DNA of 64,000 bases, taken from assembly GCF_964204645.1 (NCBI RefSeq), contig NC_134026.1, positions 19,812,150 through 19,876,149 of the forward strand, written 5' to 3'. Source of the stretch: Tubulanus polymorphus. Lineage: Eukaryota > Animalia > Nemertea. The notes under the pieces are model-generated. The model worked only from the letters and a program-made list of their open reading frames with translations. It did no database searches and had not been told where the DNA came from. Below, one piece after another: positions 24,537 to 37,981 of the stretch. Made by a program: the position numbers and the translations under genes. The first letter of the stretch is position 1; every line of letters starts with the position of its first letter.

Positions 24537-24980
24537 AGGTTTTGGAGGATCAAGGGGCTGTAGCCCCGGCGTATTCGGAGCCCAACTTGAATCACCGGAC
24601 CCTTGGTGTCTCACTCTAGAGTGGCCCAGCTTCGCCGAAGCGAGCACCGGCGCGGCTGGCAAGAATGCCAGGTGTAGAGAGCTTATAGTGGTTGATCGAC
24701 AGGGGGTCTCACAAATTACGAAAGACGATGCGATACGGTTTCGAAATCACTGGTGTTGATCAGAGCCGTTGACCTGTCCACTTACTGACTAATGCCCGCT
24801 GGGCAGCCCACCGAATCAGCCACCTTAGATAACCGAAGTTTTCCCAGGTAAAAACTGGAGCACTGAATACGTAGTCACAAACCTGCAATTTGACAATTCC
24901 AATTTGACTGATTCTCACTTGACAGCTCACTGACTGACATCGACAACGACGGTGACTGTCACTGCGCCCCTCCAGTCACT

Positions 24981-25524
24981 AATGTCTATTTATTAATTGA
25001 TGAGACCTGTTTTTCTGGGATATTTTGCTTACTTTTTGGGGTACATACCTCATTTATGTCTTAACAGAATGCCAAAAATCGCGGACAACAACTGAATATC
25101 CGATATATTTCCAGTTCTGTACCAATTAGATGGATTGGCAAAAAGACTCCTTAAGTCCAGTTGAATGAGAGAGAAAATCTTCCATTTTGTCAAATTTCTT
25201 GGATTTGAACATTGTTACCATGCCTACGCCACCCTGATTTAGTTGTTGAGACCCCACAAGAAAAATAACTTCATTTCGTAGGCATGGTGACAATGTAAAA
25301 ATTCAAGAAATTTGACAAAATGGAGGATTTTCTCTCTCATTCAACTGGACTTAAGGAGTCTTTTTGCCAATCCATCTAATTGGTACAGAACTGGAAATAT
25401 ATCGGATATTCAGTTGTTGTCCGCGATTTTTGGCATTCTGTTAAGACATAAATGAGGTATGTACCCCAAAAAGTAAGCAAAATATCCAAGAAAAACAGGT
25501 CTCATCCATTAATAAATAGACATT
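24981..25524. mobile_element. 544-bp foldback MITE C, copy 1
   Basis: About 225-bp near-perfect arms starting AATGTCTATTTATTAAT. Second copy of the same length at 55859-56402. Confidence 0.92.
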
Positions 25525-25689
25525 AGTCAGCTTAGAACTGTATTACAATTTACATGGCACTTGAAAATTGATGAGAGTCTAGCTATAAAATGTTCTTACC
25601 CTCTTGATCCTACTACAGACGATATGAATTACACCACCACTACATCAGCCGCACAGTACGACTCACAGCACTGTCAATCATCAGTGCCG

Positions 25690-25790
25690 GCGCACTTTCG
25701 GTATTTCAGGTACATTGCGCAACATTCACTTCCGCGTTATTGCGTCCGTCCCGTAGTCCGAAACAAGATGGCTGCGCCCATGCACACGAT
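25690..25790 (+). promoter_or_regulatory. Probable SUV3 (possibly shared TEP1/SUV3) core promoter
   Basis: CpG-rich patch with an ETS-like CACTTCCG and a YY1-type CAAGATGGCTGC about 120 bp upstream of the SUV3 ATG. Confidence 0.45.
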
Positions 25791-25884
25791 GAAAAATCGA
25801 AAATTTATGTAATTTGTCAAGTTTTTGGCTAGAATACGTCGATCCAACCCCATCTATCGACTCGGTTGAATAGGAAAAGGCAAA

Positions 25885-28800
25885 ATGTCGACGTCAATTC
25901 TGAAATTTCACAACGGCAAGATTCTCGGAAGCCGTCAGTTTCGGCTATCGAGATGGGCGAGGATAATTCACAATGTCAATGCTTCGACTTCTTTTAGCAT
26001 CAAATCCTCGTTATTGACTTTGACTCAAGGACGTGTGTTTTCCGTGTTAACTTCGGCCGTGAAACTTCGGCCTCGAAATTGTCATTTGTGCTCGGTTAAT
26101 AAGCACGTTGGGCCGTCTCAAATTTCGCGAAGAACAGTGCGCTATAAATCGGAATCAAAAGACGTCAATTCGTTATTTCAGCCAGCGCCATTTTCAGCTC
26201 AGCAATCAGTGACCGATGTTGAGGTTGGCGCCGATCTGGCTGGACCTCTGAAAAAAGGTACTTTTCTAAAATTTTCTGAGATTATGCAACCTAAGACTGA
26301 GTTAGGCTAGTCTGAATACCAGTCGTTGTTACGGTTCCGTACAACGTCTGACGCTAAAGTATCATATAGAGGTTAACTCCTGTTAATTGCAATGCAACAA
26401 CTGATTTTAGTGTCAAATCAAACCTTTGTACTAGAATAAATAAATTAGTTACCTTGTTGACTTTGAAAACTTGTTTTATAATAAATTTTTTAAATCGCGA
26501 ACCGGAGAATTTATTGATTTGATTTGAATTGAATTGATTGCCACTATCGGGATTGCCAAGTCGGACTAAATTAATAAAATGTGAAAATTCAATATGTCTC
26601 TCTAAAATTACTCTAAATGTTATTTTTTGTTGATAAAACGCATAAATTTTGGTTAATTTTAACCTGTATAATTTGAAACAAGAATAATATCTGCATTGTC
26701 ACCAAGTTTAAGTTTGAATCCGTAATTTACACTCCCATCATGCACCACGAAAAGCCGCCATATTTGTTATGTTGCTTCACTTCAACTGTTTTTTGAGGCG
26801 ACAAGTCAAAAGTTTTGAGCTACTACGATCGTCATAAGCTACTTAGGATTACAAATTTATGCACAATCAATAGTTAACTTCCATCTGATTACAGAACAGT
26901 CAGTTTGAGGTAAGTTGATGGTGTTTTAAGGGGTGAAATAGACGCTCAAAGCCTCGTCCCTCAAAATGAGGGACGAAAATTAACCTTATATGAGCACTTT
27001 CGCCCTAGACGTTGTTTCAGGAACAACGGTTAGGTACTAGACTAGAGTTAGGCCTATGTGTTGAGGAAGTCTCTCTACAAGCCGACACATAGCTCAAGTA
27101 ATGACATTATCTCTATAGCCACTAACTATCTCGAGCATTATTTTGTCTAAGTTTCATTTAATGAACAATTTCATGAGAGATTTAAGATATTTTAGACGTA
27201 CAAACCATTTAATTAGTAAAGTACATTTAATTTGTCCTGGTTTGACTGTATAAAGATTTGCCCTCTGTTTGAATTACTGCTGGTAACTATTCGGCTGAAA
27301 AGTATGCTTTATTTTCCCAGATCAATTGTTGAGGTTGTTGAACCAGTTTTACCGTAGAACGGAGGTAAAGAAGTTAGCTGCGGAATGCGGACTGGACAGT
27401 ACGTATTAATCCACGTTGGAGGACCTATGGTTTCTAAAAAGCAGGAGCTGAAAAGAAAAATTAAAAGCCGTTCCAGTAATAGTTTGAAAAAGACTCGATT
27501 CAGAGATGAGAAAGAAGTTTTCTCATTCCTGCTTTGAATTTCTAGTTCAAAAATGGCAATTTCTGAAGGAAGGTCCAGGATAGTACCTGAAGACCTCCTT
27601 ATATGCGCCCCTGATTGGCCGCTATCCCGAGCAGGAACTGCCCATCTATTTCAACGTAAGGTCTTGGTTTTGATTCATTCCTCATTGTGAAACATTTTTC
27701 TTTCAGATCGGTTGTTCCATCAGGCATACATTAGCTTTCGCAAGTATTGCGTCGAAATGGAAGGACTTCCGGCTGCATTGCATGTAACGCTTAGTGATAT
27801 TATCCAAGGTGCTGGTAAGTTATTCAAGACAAATCAATCCTCGCTTGCCAGGGGTCCGGTATCACTCCCGAACTCGCTTCCACCAGCCCCCTGGCCTCAC
27901 GAAGCGTGATTTCATTACTGGCGCTGTTGCGCGTGACGTCATATATCGATTTGCGAAATACTTCCTTGTTCGGTAAAACGTTTGCTGATTGGTCAATTTA
28001 ACTGGAAAACCAACAGAAGTCTACTGACGGTTTGTTACAAGCGCTGTGATTGGTACGACCAGATTCTGGTCGGCTAGTAACGACTCCAACGACTCGTGAG
28101 GTCAAGGGGTTCGGGGAACAGCTTTAGCGTAGTGGGTTCGAATCCCTTGACCGGTGAAGATGAGACGAATCTTATGTATCCGGCTTGTACGATTTTTTTC
28201 GCGCTGATTATTGAAGGCTTACAAATAAAAATTTTGTGAACCAGGGCGGATTATGCAATGCTACCCACCCCTTCAATGAATCTTTTGATTTCACTGTCAT
28301 CCTTTGTATGAATGAAATAACTACTGCTTAAAAGGTGTAGTTTATTATAAAAAGCTCAAGCATTCAGAAGTTAGTCTAAAATGGAAATTTTAAAGCGCTC
28401 TGAGTCATAATGAGATTTAGCGCTATATAAAAATAAATTTTATTATTATTATTATTATTATGATCGTATGTTTCATGATCAGCAATTTGAAAGATACATT
28501 TAAGTGCTTGGGTTTGCAAATCATGTAGATTTGCTGAACCATGCTTGCAATTTTACCATTTGAAAACCCCCAGCTTTGAGCTACTAGAATGTGCTAAACT
28601 TTAAGAATGTATTCTAGTTTACATAAGATCCTCTTCTCTAGTACAGTAGCGCTCGCTTACTTCGCATAACAAGGTACTGCTGAGATTTCTTCAATTAATG
28701 AAATCCTTGTTATGAATAATTGTTTAAATGGTTTCTGGTTAAATGGACTAAAATAATTAGTTGTACTGTATTAGGCTTAAACTGTATTATTAGCAGACAA

Positions 28801-31800
28801 GCTTGTAACACGATCGAAGCAACAATATTTTCCATTTTCCTAAACATGCAGATTCGTTTTTATTTCAGGTCACGTTGATGACATTTTTCCATATTTTTTG
28901 CAACATGCAAAACATATTTATCCTCATTTGGAATGTATGGATGATTTACGCAAAATCAGTGATCTGCGACATCCAGCTAATTGGTAAATAAACAGAGAGA
29001 TTAAAAACCGACAATGAAACATGTTGAATAGAAAAATGTTAACCAGTAGATTCCATTTATTGCTTTAAATAAAAAATGACTTAGTAATTCGTGGTATCTT
29101 TTAGTTTAATTCTACTATTGACCTTATAAAACCATCATCTCTACCTCAGCCTTGTCTTGAAAGGTTAGAATTTTATGAAAGATCACTCACTGCTTATCAC
29201 TACATATTGTAGCAATTGTGGGCATTTTTATTGTACAATGTATTGCATTGTATATCATTCTGGTATTTTGCATGATTGGTATCATCATGTATTTTACAGG
29301 TACCCCGATGCTCGACAAAAGCAGCGGAAAATCATATTTCATTCAGGCCCGACGAATAGCGGTAAAACATACCACGCGTTGCAAAGATTTATGAATGCCA
29401 AATCCGGTGTTTACTGTGGTCCGCTGAAACTACTGGCATCGGAGGTTTTTCATAAGGCAAATGCTGCCGTAAGTACTATAGCAGGGTGACCACGAATCTG
29501 GAAAACAGGGAAAACACAGGGAAATGATTTTTCTCAGGGAAAACACAGGGATATTGGTAAAATCTGGAAAACACTTTTGTCTCGCACGCGCGTTTTCTTC
29601 GCGAATGTTTACAATTGACTACCTGATTATATATCAAGGATCATATGGTAAGTAATACAAAGTTATAGCGCCACTTTCTAACAAATTTGTAAAATCACAG
29701 CGGAGCTATATCAGACGATAGGCTGCTTGTCTTTTAATTTTATATTTGTCATGGTCTCCATATGACGCCCAGCACAGGGAAAATCAACTTTTCACAGGGA
29801 AAACACAGGGAAAACAGGGAATTTGCAAGTGGGTGGTTTGTGGTCACCCTGTATAATGTTTGCAGGTATTGTCCAGAGGGGTGCATTTGAACTAGCAGCT
29901 TATTCAAAAAGTGCCATATAAAGACTATTATTATCCTTATCATCGTTGTTATTATTATGCAGTCTTTACTGGGTAAACTTAAGTTCCGTAAATGTAAAAT
30001 CATCGGTTATTCCATAAATATGTAACCTGGTTTCTATGCATATATGTATTTTGAACAGTACCTACTATTCTAAGACATTTCCATCCATCTACAGTACCTG
30101 CTATTTTTTGTGATAGATTTTTATGATGGGATTGGGTGTCAAGAGAAATAAAATGTGCTATTCTGATATTTTATTTGAGATTTTTACTTTGCGTATTGAC
30201 TCAAACCTATTTCTGCGCTTAGGGTACGTTGTGTGATCTTGTGACCGGTGAAGAAAGGATTTATGCTGATCCAGAAGGCAATGCATCACCTCACGTGGCT
30301 TGTACTGTGGAAATGTGTAGCGTCATCACACCTTGTAAGTTTGTTATACAGAGTTTTCTGCTATATTCATGGGCTGATCTAGAAAAATTTTATATAAGGC
30401 TCAAAATGGGGTCCCAAAATTAATTCAGATATACGCAATGCATAGGCCTAAACTCAATTCATGATATAGCCCTATATACATGATATCAAAAATACATAAA
30501 GATCTTGATGTAAACTACCTAGTAATATTTGGCATAAATCTTTAATTCAATGTAATTCGCTGTAATTAAATTGTAATAAGCTGTAATAGCTGTAATAACC
30601 ATATAAAACATACGTAATATTTGGCATAAATCTTTGATTCAATGTAATTCGCTGTAATTAAAGTGTAATAAGCTGTAATTGCTGTAATAACCATATAAAA
30701 AATACGTAATATTTGGCATAAATCTGTAATTCAATGTAATTCGCTGTAATCGAGGTGTAATAAGCTGTAATAGCTGTAATAACCAGATAAAACATAGTAA
30801 TATTTGGCATAAATCTGTAATTCAATGTAATTCACTGTAATCGAGGTGTAATAAGCTGTAACAGCTGTAATAACCAGATAAAACCTAGTAATATTTGGCA
30901 TAAATCTGTAATTCAATGTAATTCGCTGTAATCGTGGTGTAATAAGCTGTAACAGCTGTAATAACCAGATAAAACCTAGTAATATTTGGCATAAATCTGT
31001 AATTCAATGTAATTCGCTGTAATTAAAGTGTAATAAGCTGTAATAGTTGTAATAACCAGATAAAACCTAGTAATATTTGGCATAAATCTGTAATTCAAAT
31101 TGAATTAGGCCTACAGATTTATGCCAAATATTACTAGGTTTTATCTGGTTATTACAACTATTACAGCTTATTACACTTTAATTACAGCGAATTACATTGA
31201 ATCAATGTAATTCGCTGTAATTAAAGTGTAATAAGCTGTAACAGCTGTAATAACCAGATAAAACCTAGTAGTATTTGGCATAAATCTGTAATTCAATGTA
31301 ATTCGCTGTAATTAAAGTGTAATAAGCTGTAATAGTTGTAATAACCAGATAAAACATACATAATATTTGGCATAAATTTGTAATTCACTGTAATTCGCTG
31401 TAATTAAAGTGTAATAAGCTGTAATAGCTGTAATAACCAGATAAAACCTAGTAATATTTGGCATAAATCTGTAATTCAATGTAATTCGCTGTAATCGAAG
31501 TGTAATAAGCTGTAATAGTTGTAATAACCAGATAAAACATACGTAATATTTGGCATAAATCTGTAATTCAATGTAATTCGCTGTAATTAAAGTGTAATAA
31601 GCTGTAATAACCAGATAAAACCTAGTAATATTTGGCTTAAATCTGTAATTCAATGTAATTCGCTGTAATCGAGGTGTAATAAGCTGTAATAGTTGTAATA
31701 ACCAGATAAAACATACGTAATATTTGGCATAAATTTGTAATTCAATGTAATTCGCTGTAATTAAAGTGTAATAAGCAGTAATAGCTGTAATAACCAGATA

Positions 31801-34800
31801 AAACCTAGTAATATTTGGCTTAAATCTGTAATTCAATGTAATTCGCTGTAATCGAGGTGTAATAAGCTGTAATAGTTGTAATAACCAGATAAAACATACG
31901 TAATATTTGGCATAAATTTGTAATTCAATGTAATTCGCTGTAATTAAAGTGTAATAAGCTGTAATAGCTGTAATAACCAGATAAAACATACGTAATATTT
32001 GGCATAAATTTGTAATTCAATGTAATTCGCTGTAATTAAAGTGTAATAAGCTGTAATAGCTGTAATAACCAGATAAAACCTAGTAATATTTGGCATAAAT
32101 CTGTAATTCAATGTAATTCACTGTAATCGAAGTGTAATAAGCTGTAACAGCTGTAACAACCAGATAAAACCTAGTAATATTTCACATAAATCTGTAATTC
32201 AATGTAATTCGCTGTAATTAAAGTGTAATAAGCTGTAATAGTTGTAATAACCAGATAAAACCTTGTAATATTTGGCATAAATCTGTAATTCAATGTAATT
32301 TGCTGTAATTAAAGTGTAATAAGCTGTAATAGCTGTAATAACCAGATAAAACCGGCAACCTGTAAAACCTGTTATTACAGTCATTACAGCTTATTACACC
32401 CTAATTACAGCGAATTACATTTAATTACAGATTTATGCCAAATATTACTGGTTTTATCTGGCTATTACAGCTATTACAGCTTATTACACCTCGATTACAG
32501 TGAATTACATTGAATTACAGATTTGCGCAAAACCTTTCATTTCTCTTCAGAAAGTTACTGTTTATTAGGCCTATAAACATACATGCATAGGCTATTTGAT
32601 GTATGCCTGTATAATGAATTGAGTTTAGGCCTATGCTAAATAAGGCTAAATAAAGCCAGGGACTTTATTACAAATTACATGTAATATGAAAAAAAAAGTT
32701 AATTTTGGGACCCCATTTTAAGCCACAAATGAAAAATTTGGGTCGAGAAAAAAAAGGAAAGGTATTCATTGGAAGAAGCAGCCATCTCTAAGGCTGCGGG
32801 TGTGCGGTTCTTGTTGGTGTTGGAAATATGTAGATATCTGAAGAAATACATTTCAAAAGATGCGATAAATTTGCGAGGAGATGAGTATCAAATTTGCAGA
32901 TTTCTGCCTTGACATTAAAATGAATACCTCATCGCTATAGGTATCCAGATCCCTGAGAATACCCCCTGGATCTCATTCTCCCTCGGCAGGGATTTTTACC
33001 TGATGGCTTTGCTTGACTCATCAAGTTCGAAACCCTGCTGGGGATGATGTCTAGGTCTGTCCCTGCTTTACAAGATATTGTTGAATTCATTTGTGGTGGT
33101 GGTCTTTATACGCCCAAAAATTCAATGGCTTCTTGGAAATATTTTAGTGGGAACATCCCAATTAGTTATACATGCAATTCTGTGTAGATAGATAATTATA
33201 ATAATTATTTTGCAATGGTAAACTGATACACAATTATCATATTCATGTTGTAATACAAGGGCCTTGAAGAGCCAATGAAATTTTATACATGTATTAACTA
33301 AACAAAGCACTCGCACACAAATAGAAAACACCTAACTTATATTATTTCTCATTCAGATGATGTGGCAGTAATTGATGAAATCCAAATGGTGAATGAACGA
33401 CAGCGAGGATGGGCATGGACGAGGGCTTTATTAGGTTTGTATTTTCTGAAATGCTTCAAGGGTTGCAATATACAAAAAAGCAAAAAGTGTGATTATTCAA
33501 ATTCAAGTTGCATATTCACGTTCATGTTTTCAATAAGCGCAAAACTTAACCATTTTCAGATTAACAGTTTTTGTGAAATTCTTATCGACTGGTTCCGGTC
33601 TAAACTTACAGCCTCATACAAGCCGTAAAGGCTTAATTCTAATTTCTTACTGAGGGAGGCTGTCCTTATTGGTAATCCCTAGACTAGAGAATTTTCATGG
33701 GTTCTAATTGGAGTTGAAAACTATAGAGTAATGCAGTGGTTTCTATTGGTTGCGTACTGTAGGATGTACTGTGGATCTATTGGGCTGTAGAAATGATTTG
33801 ATGTGAAACGACTTGATCAATAAAATCCAAGTTGGATGTTATGTATAGTGTCACAAGAAATATTTTAAAAAAACATCCAAGTTGAGTGGTTATCCGATTT
33901 GCTCGGATTTAACTTGGGAGGAGTCTACTGTGGTACATTTGTCACTCACATTGCTTATAAGATATTTTCATAAAATGATAGTGATTTTATTCATCCGTAG
34001 GTGTTTGTGCCGATGAAATCCATGTTTGTGGTGAAGGTACGGCAATCGACTTGGTAAAAGAGCTCATGATGGCAACCGGTGATCATGTTGAGGTATTATA
34101 ATAATAATAATAATAATAATAAAATCTATTTTTATATAGCGCTAAATCTCATTATGACTCGGAGCGCTTTATGATTAATTTCCAACCTTCGGATGTGAAA
34201 TTCTCATCTTAGTATTCTAAATGGATATAACGTGAATTTGTAATGATATTTCATTTGCATTTTGACAACTCAGGTCAGACGTTACAAGCGGTTGACGAAA
34301 CTGACGTATTTGGACAAAGCTTTATGTGAGTTGACCAGATATTTTACAAATTTCTTGTATGAGGTGTCGTACAGATGCTCGTAAGAGTTCATAGCGAGAG
34401 TTCATTTAGTAGGTACACTGAAAATAAAGCAAACCTTTGATCCTCTTCACGTACTTGGATGATCTCCGGCGCAAATATCATGAGTCGCATTTCTTAAACT
34501 ACCGCCTAAACATCCACATACATCCCTGAAAGGTGTTTTTCAGTGAACTTTGACAATGTGCGCCCGGGTGACTGTTTTGTGTGCTTCAGTAAAAATGACA
34601 TTTATCATATCAGCCGCCAGTTAGAAAAGCGTGGACACCAATGCGCCGTTATATACGGGGGATTGCCACCAGGTTAGTCAGGTGACCAGTAACTGAAAAT
34701 GAACTAATTTTTTACTCTACTTATATAACCCACGATAGTCGGTCCTAATATTTTAATTGGCTGAAAGTTTTGTTTAGCTCTTTTTTCAATTATTTCCTAG

Positions 34801-37800
34801 TTTCTAATGAAAGAAAAAATCGGTCTTGTTTATTGTTGCTTATTGGAATGATTTTAGGTACGAAACTGGCGCAAGCACAAAAATTCAACGATCCCAACGA
34901 TCCTTGCAAAATTATGGTCGCAACTGACGCAATAGGCATGGGTTTGAATTTGTGAGTGTTTATTTAACTATTACCAAAATAATTGATATGACTGCAAATG
35001 AAACTTACATCAAGTGATATCATTAGATATAAGACATGTGTTTCTCAAGGATGGTTTATATCCAAGGCCACCCAAAACTAAAATTCAAGACCAATCCAAA
35101 GACTTTATGCCAAAATCAGGACTGGCTCCTATGATAATCATAGACCAGTGACGAGAAGTGGTATTATAATTCAATAAAACTTGTTCATTGCTGAAACGTC
35201 AAAACAATATTTTTATCAATAATAATAATCAATTCAAATTTTTGATTGTCATTAGTAAAAACGTATGGCAAAGATTGGTCGACAAAATATCAGAAATTAA
35301 TGAAAGTGTCTATCTAAGTTCGCCAAAAATGCCATCCAAAAAAAGATTGAAGACTACAAAATGAAAATGCAATGCTAAATTCAAAGCTTTTTAATGCAAT
35401 GAAAATTTTTCTGATTCAATGCATTTCAAGGACTGCAATGAACCCTAGTGAGTTCCTATCAGTCAAAACCAGGACTATCAGGGGCATGACTCATTTTAGA
35501 TTAACACTTTGAATTGATATATCTGTGGGGGGGGGCACTGATATCAAATCTAAGGATATCAATATCGATAATTGTCTACTGTGTTTTGTCCTTACGTCTC
35601 ACATTTGGCGTCGGATTTCAGGAGTATTAAACGTGTCATATTCTACTCGTTAATTAAACCGAAGATAAACGAAAAAGGCGATAAAGAAATGGATCTGATA
35701 AGCACTTCGCAGGCGTTGCAAATCGGCGGTCGAGCTGGGCGTTACCGAACTCATTTCCAAGACGGCGAGGTTACGACATTTCGCCGCGAAGATATACATT
35801 TATTACACGATCTTACCAATAGAATCGTCGAACCACTCGAGGTAAAATTATGCGAGGCCAGTTGTACAGTCATGACTTGAGACAAACTTAGCTAAATGCA
35901 AATCTATACATAAGTTGAAACCTCGATTCCTCTTAGTTAGAATGTTCGTTTTAGTTAACTGTATATCTTATTTTTCATTATCTGATAGCAAGCTGGATTA
36001 CATCCTACTGCCGAACAAATTGAGCTTTTCGCCTACCACTTGCCAAATGCAACCCTGTCCAACCTTATTGTAAGTAATGCACAAACCCTTCCATGGGAAG
36101 GGTAGAAAATTGGCCCCTTTTTGTTTAGAGTTGCATACGGTTGGCCGACAATAGATAAGCAATTTGAGTGTTCTTACATTACGGAAGGCATCCTGTTACC
36201 TGTAGATAGTTTTGGATTCAATTCAATTCTAGTGGACTTAGAAATATTTATCTTCAAATTCGGATTCAAACCTATCGAGCATTTTGAATGTACTTACATT
36301 ACGGAAGGCATCCTGTTACCGGTAGATAGTTTTGGATTAAATTCAATTCTAGTGGACTTAGAAATATTTATCTTCAAATTCGGATTCAAACCTAGGCATC
36401 CTCCCTTTTCTAGATAACGGCGTATACAATGATCTAATACTATCCTCATTATTTCAGGATATATTCGTGACATTGTCTCAGTTGGATAATGACACGTATT
36501 TCATGTGCAACATCGATGATTTTAAGTTTTTAGCTGATATGATCGAACACGTGCCGCTCGCGTTGAGGGTACGTTACGTGTTCTGTTGTTCGCCGATCCC
36601 AAAAAAACAGCCGTTCGTCTGCACAATGTTCCTCAGGGTGAGTTTTACTATAAAGGCTTATCGACGCAAGAGTTAAAATCCGGGGCCAGTTGCCCAAAAT
36701 TTGGTTAAAGTTAACCAGTGGATAAATACCAAATAACAAGGAACTTTCAATTGTCATTATGCCAACTATCCAGTGGTTAACTCTAACCAACTTTTGAGCA
36801 ACTGACCCCTGTATTGTAGCATATACAAATGATCAAATCCACAGAGCATTTATTGGAGCCGCATGTCTTAACCCTCTTTGTGCGTCCACGCAGTGCGGTG
36901 TATAAATCCAATATGTGATGGGCTTAGCTAGTAAACCGCATTGCAGTGTATTGATGTTAGTGAAATATTAACAATAGTAGTACCAGTTATTGTTGACATG
37001 ATGAAATATTAGTAACTAATGATATATTGCGCTGTGGTGTAGATGCACTAAAATGGTATGCCTTGAATTTGATGTATTTGTATGTTTGAAAATGTTAACA
37101 TTTATCAAATCTTAGAATTTCTTGCCTTTTTGTCGTCAGTTTGCCAGGCAATTTAGCCAAGGAGAGCCACTAACGTATGACTGGTTGTGTAGACAAGTGA
37201 ATTGGCCGTTCAACACTCCTGTTACTATCACTGATCTGGTACACTTGGAAGGAGTTTTTGACGTAATGGACCTATATTTGTGGTTGAGGTACGTACAGCG
37301 GTTTATGCTACAATCCGGTTTATGCTACAATCCGAAATATTTCTAAGTCTACTGTACTGTATTTCTTAATTTTTCTAGTATGGATGATATTAGAATCCAG
37401 GCAAGATATGTGGCTCACGTTCGAGGTGCATAACATTTTGCAGACACTTTTGAAATCTCTGCTCTTCCATTTTTTTCAGTTATCGCTTTTCGGACATGTT
37501 CCCAGATACCGACCACGTGCGAGAAATGCAAAAACAACTGGACAACATAATACAGGAGGGGGTGATCAACATAACGAAACTGTTAAAAAAAGGCAACACC
37601 TTGACTCAGAGCGCGGCGTCGATCGACTCAACGGAATTAACGTCGACTGACAATCGCAAATCGAACGCTTCGAAAGCAGGATATCTTCGAAAACGCGATA
37701 AAACGCTGTACGGCGGCGGCGAACGGTTACGAATCGTTAAATCCGAACACGATGACGTCAACGGCTCGGTGTATTCGTCTCGATTGCAACGCGGCGACGT

Positions 37801-37981
37801 CGGGAAGGGCCGGCTGACCGATCGGCTTTTGAAAGAGGGCCTTCTGACGCACGAGATGATCGAGAAACTCCGAGCGGAATGGACTCAAGATAAACAAACC
37901 AGCATATCATCGGCTGCCGATAGTGATAGTATTAGCGATAGCGAACGTTTACACGATAACTGGAAAAGCGACGATAGGTGA
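25885..37981 (+). CDS. SUPV3L1: Mitochondrial ATP-dependent RNA helicase SUV3
   Basis: Approximate exons: 25885-26257, 27321-27399, 27708-27814, 28870-28983, 29300-29468, 30222-30334, 33358-33434, 34001-34092, 34274-34326, 34544-34672, 34858-34951, 35622-35841, 35989-36069, 36458-36638, 37140-37288, 37480-37981. Motifs: [72 protein letters not shown]. Arg/Ser-rich N-terminus resembling a mitochondrial presequence. Confidence 0.96.
26309..27043 (+). mobile_element. Non-autonomous element A, copy 2, in SUV3 intron 1
   Basis: Short TIR AGTCTGAATACC / GGTACTAGACT, sitting in a CT|AG site. Confidence 0.85.
27836..28162. mobile_element. Mutator-like MITE, family M-c
   Basis: Starts aatcctcgcttgccagggg and ends ccggtgaagatg. 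Flanks agacaaatc / agacgaatc. Confidence 0.7.
28390..28460 (+). repeat. LINE/SINE 3' tail (L2-like stem plus (ATT)n); copies at 16330-16390 and 34100-34172 (minus)
   Basis: aaagcgctc.gagtcataatgagatttagcgctatataaaaata + (att)n. Confidence 0.65.
29482..29851. mobile_element. CAGGG-ended MITE with an apparent 5-bp TSD (hAT5-like)
   Basis: CAGGGTGACCAC / GTGGTCACCCTG. Flanks tatag / tataa. Internal cagggaaaa repeats. Confidence 0.75.
30375..32748. mobile_element. Foldback-type element carrying a ~90-bp satellite array
   Basis: Outer inverted repeats aaaatggggtcccaaaatt...gcataggcctaaactcaattcat / atgaattgagtttaggcctatgc...aattttgggaccccatttt. Confidence 0.7.
30519..32525. repeat. ~90-bp tandem repeat, about 20 units, with inverted units at ~31110-31200 and ~32370-32525
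   Basis: Unit: tagtaatatttggcataaatctgtaattcaatgtaattcgctgtaattaaagtgtaataagctgtaatagctgtaataaccagataaaacc. Confidence 0.97.
32974..33049. mobile_element. 76-bp internally deleted M-a MITE (two TIRs only)
   Basis: cattctccctcggcagggat...aaccctgctggggatgatg. Degenerate 9-bp flanks cctggatct / tctaggtct. Confidence 0.65.
36158..36393. repeat. 120-bp tandem duplication (2 copies) in a SUV3 intron
   Basis: ttacattacggaaggcatcctgttacc...cggattcaaacct repeated at a +120 offset. Confidence 0.93.

Noticed and set aside
24570-24870. Telomerase RNA or RNase MRP identity for the structured block
   Set aside because: No CUAACCCU-type template on either strand. The P4-like pairing lacks the conserved GAAAGUC sequence.
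30519-32525. Regular repeat array resembling CRISPR, and the 225-aa ORF 31312-31989
   Set aside because: Units are contiguous with no unique spacers, there are no cas genes, and the context is a eukaryotic intron. The ORF is just the translated satellite.
32985-33045. CTGATGG...CGAAA hammerhead-like string
   Set aside because: The core is CUGAUGG, stems II and III do not form, and the pairing is explained by MITE TIRs.
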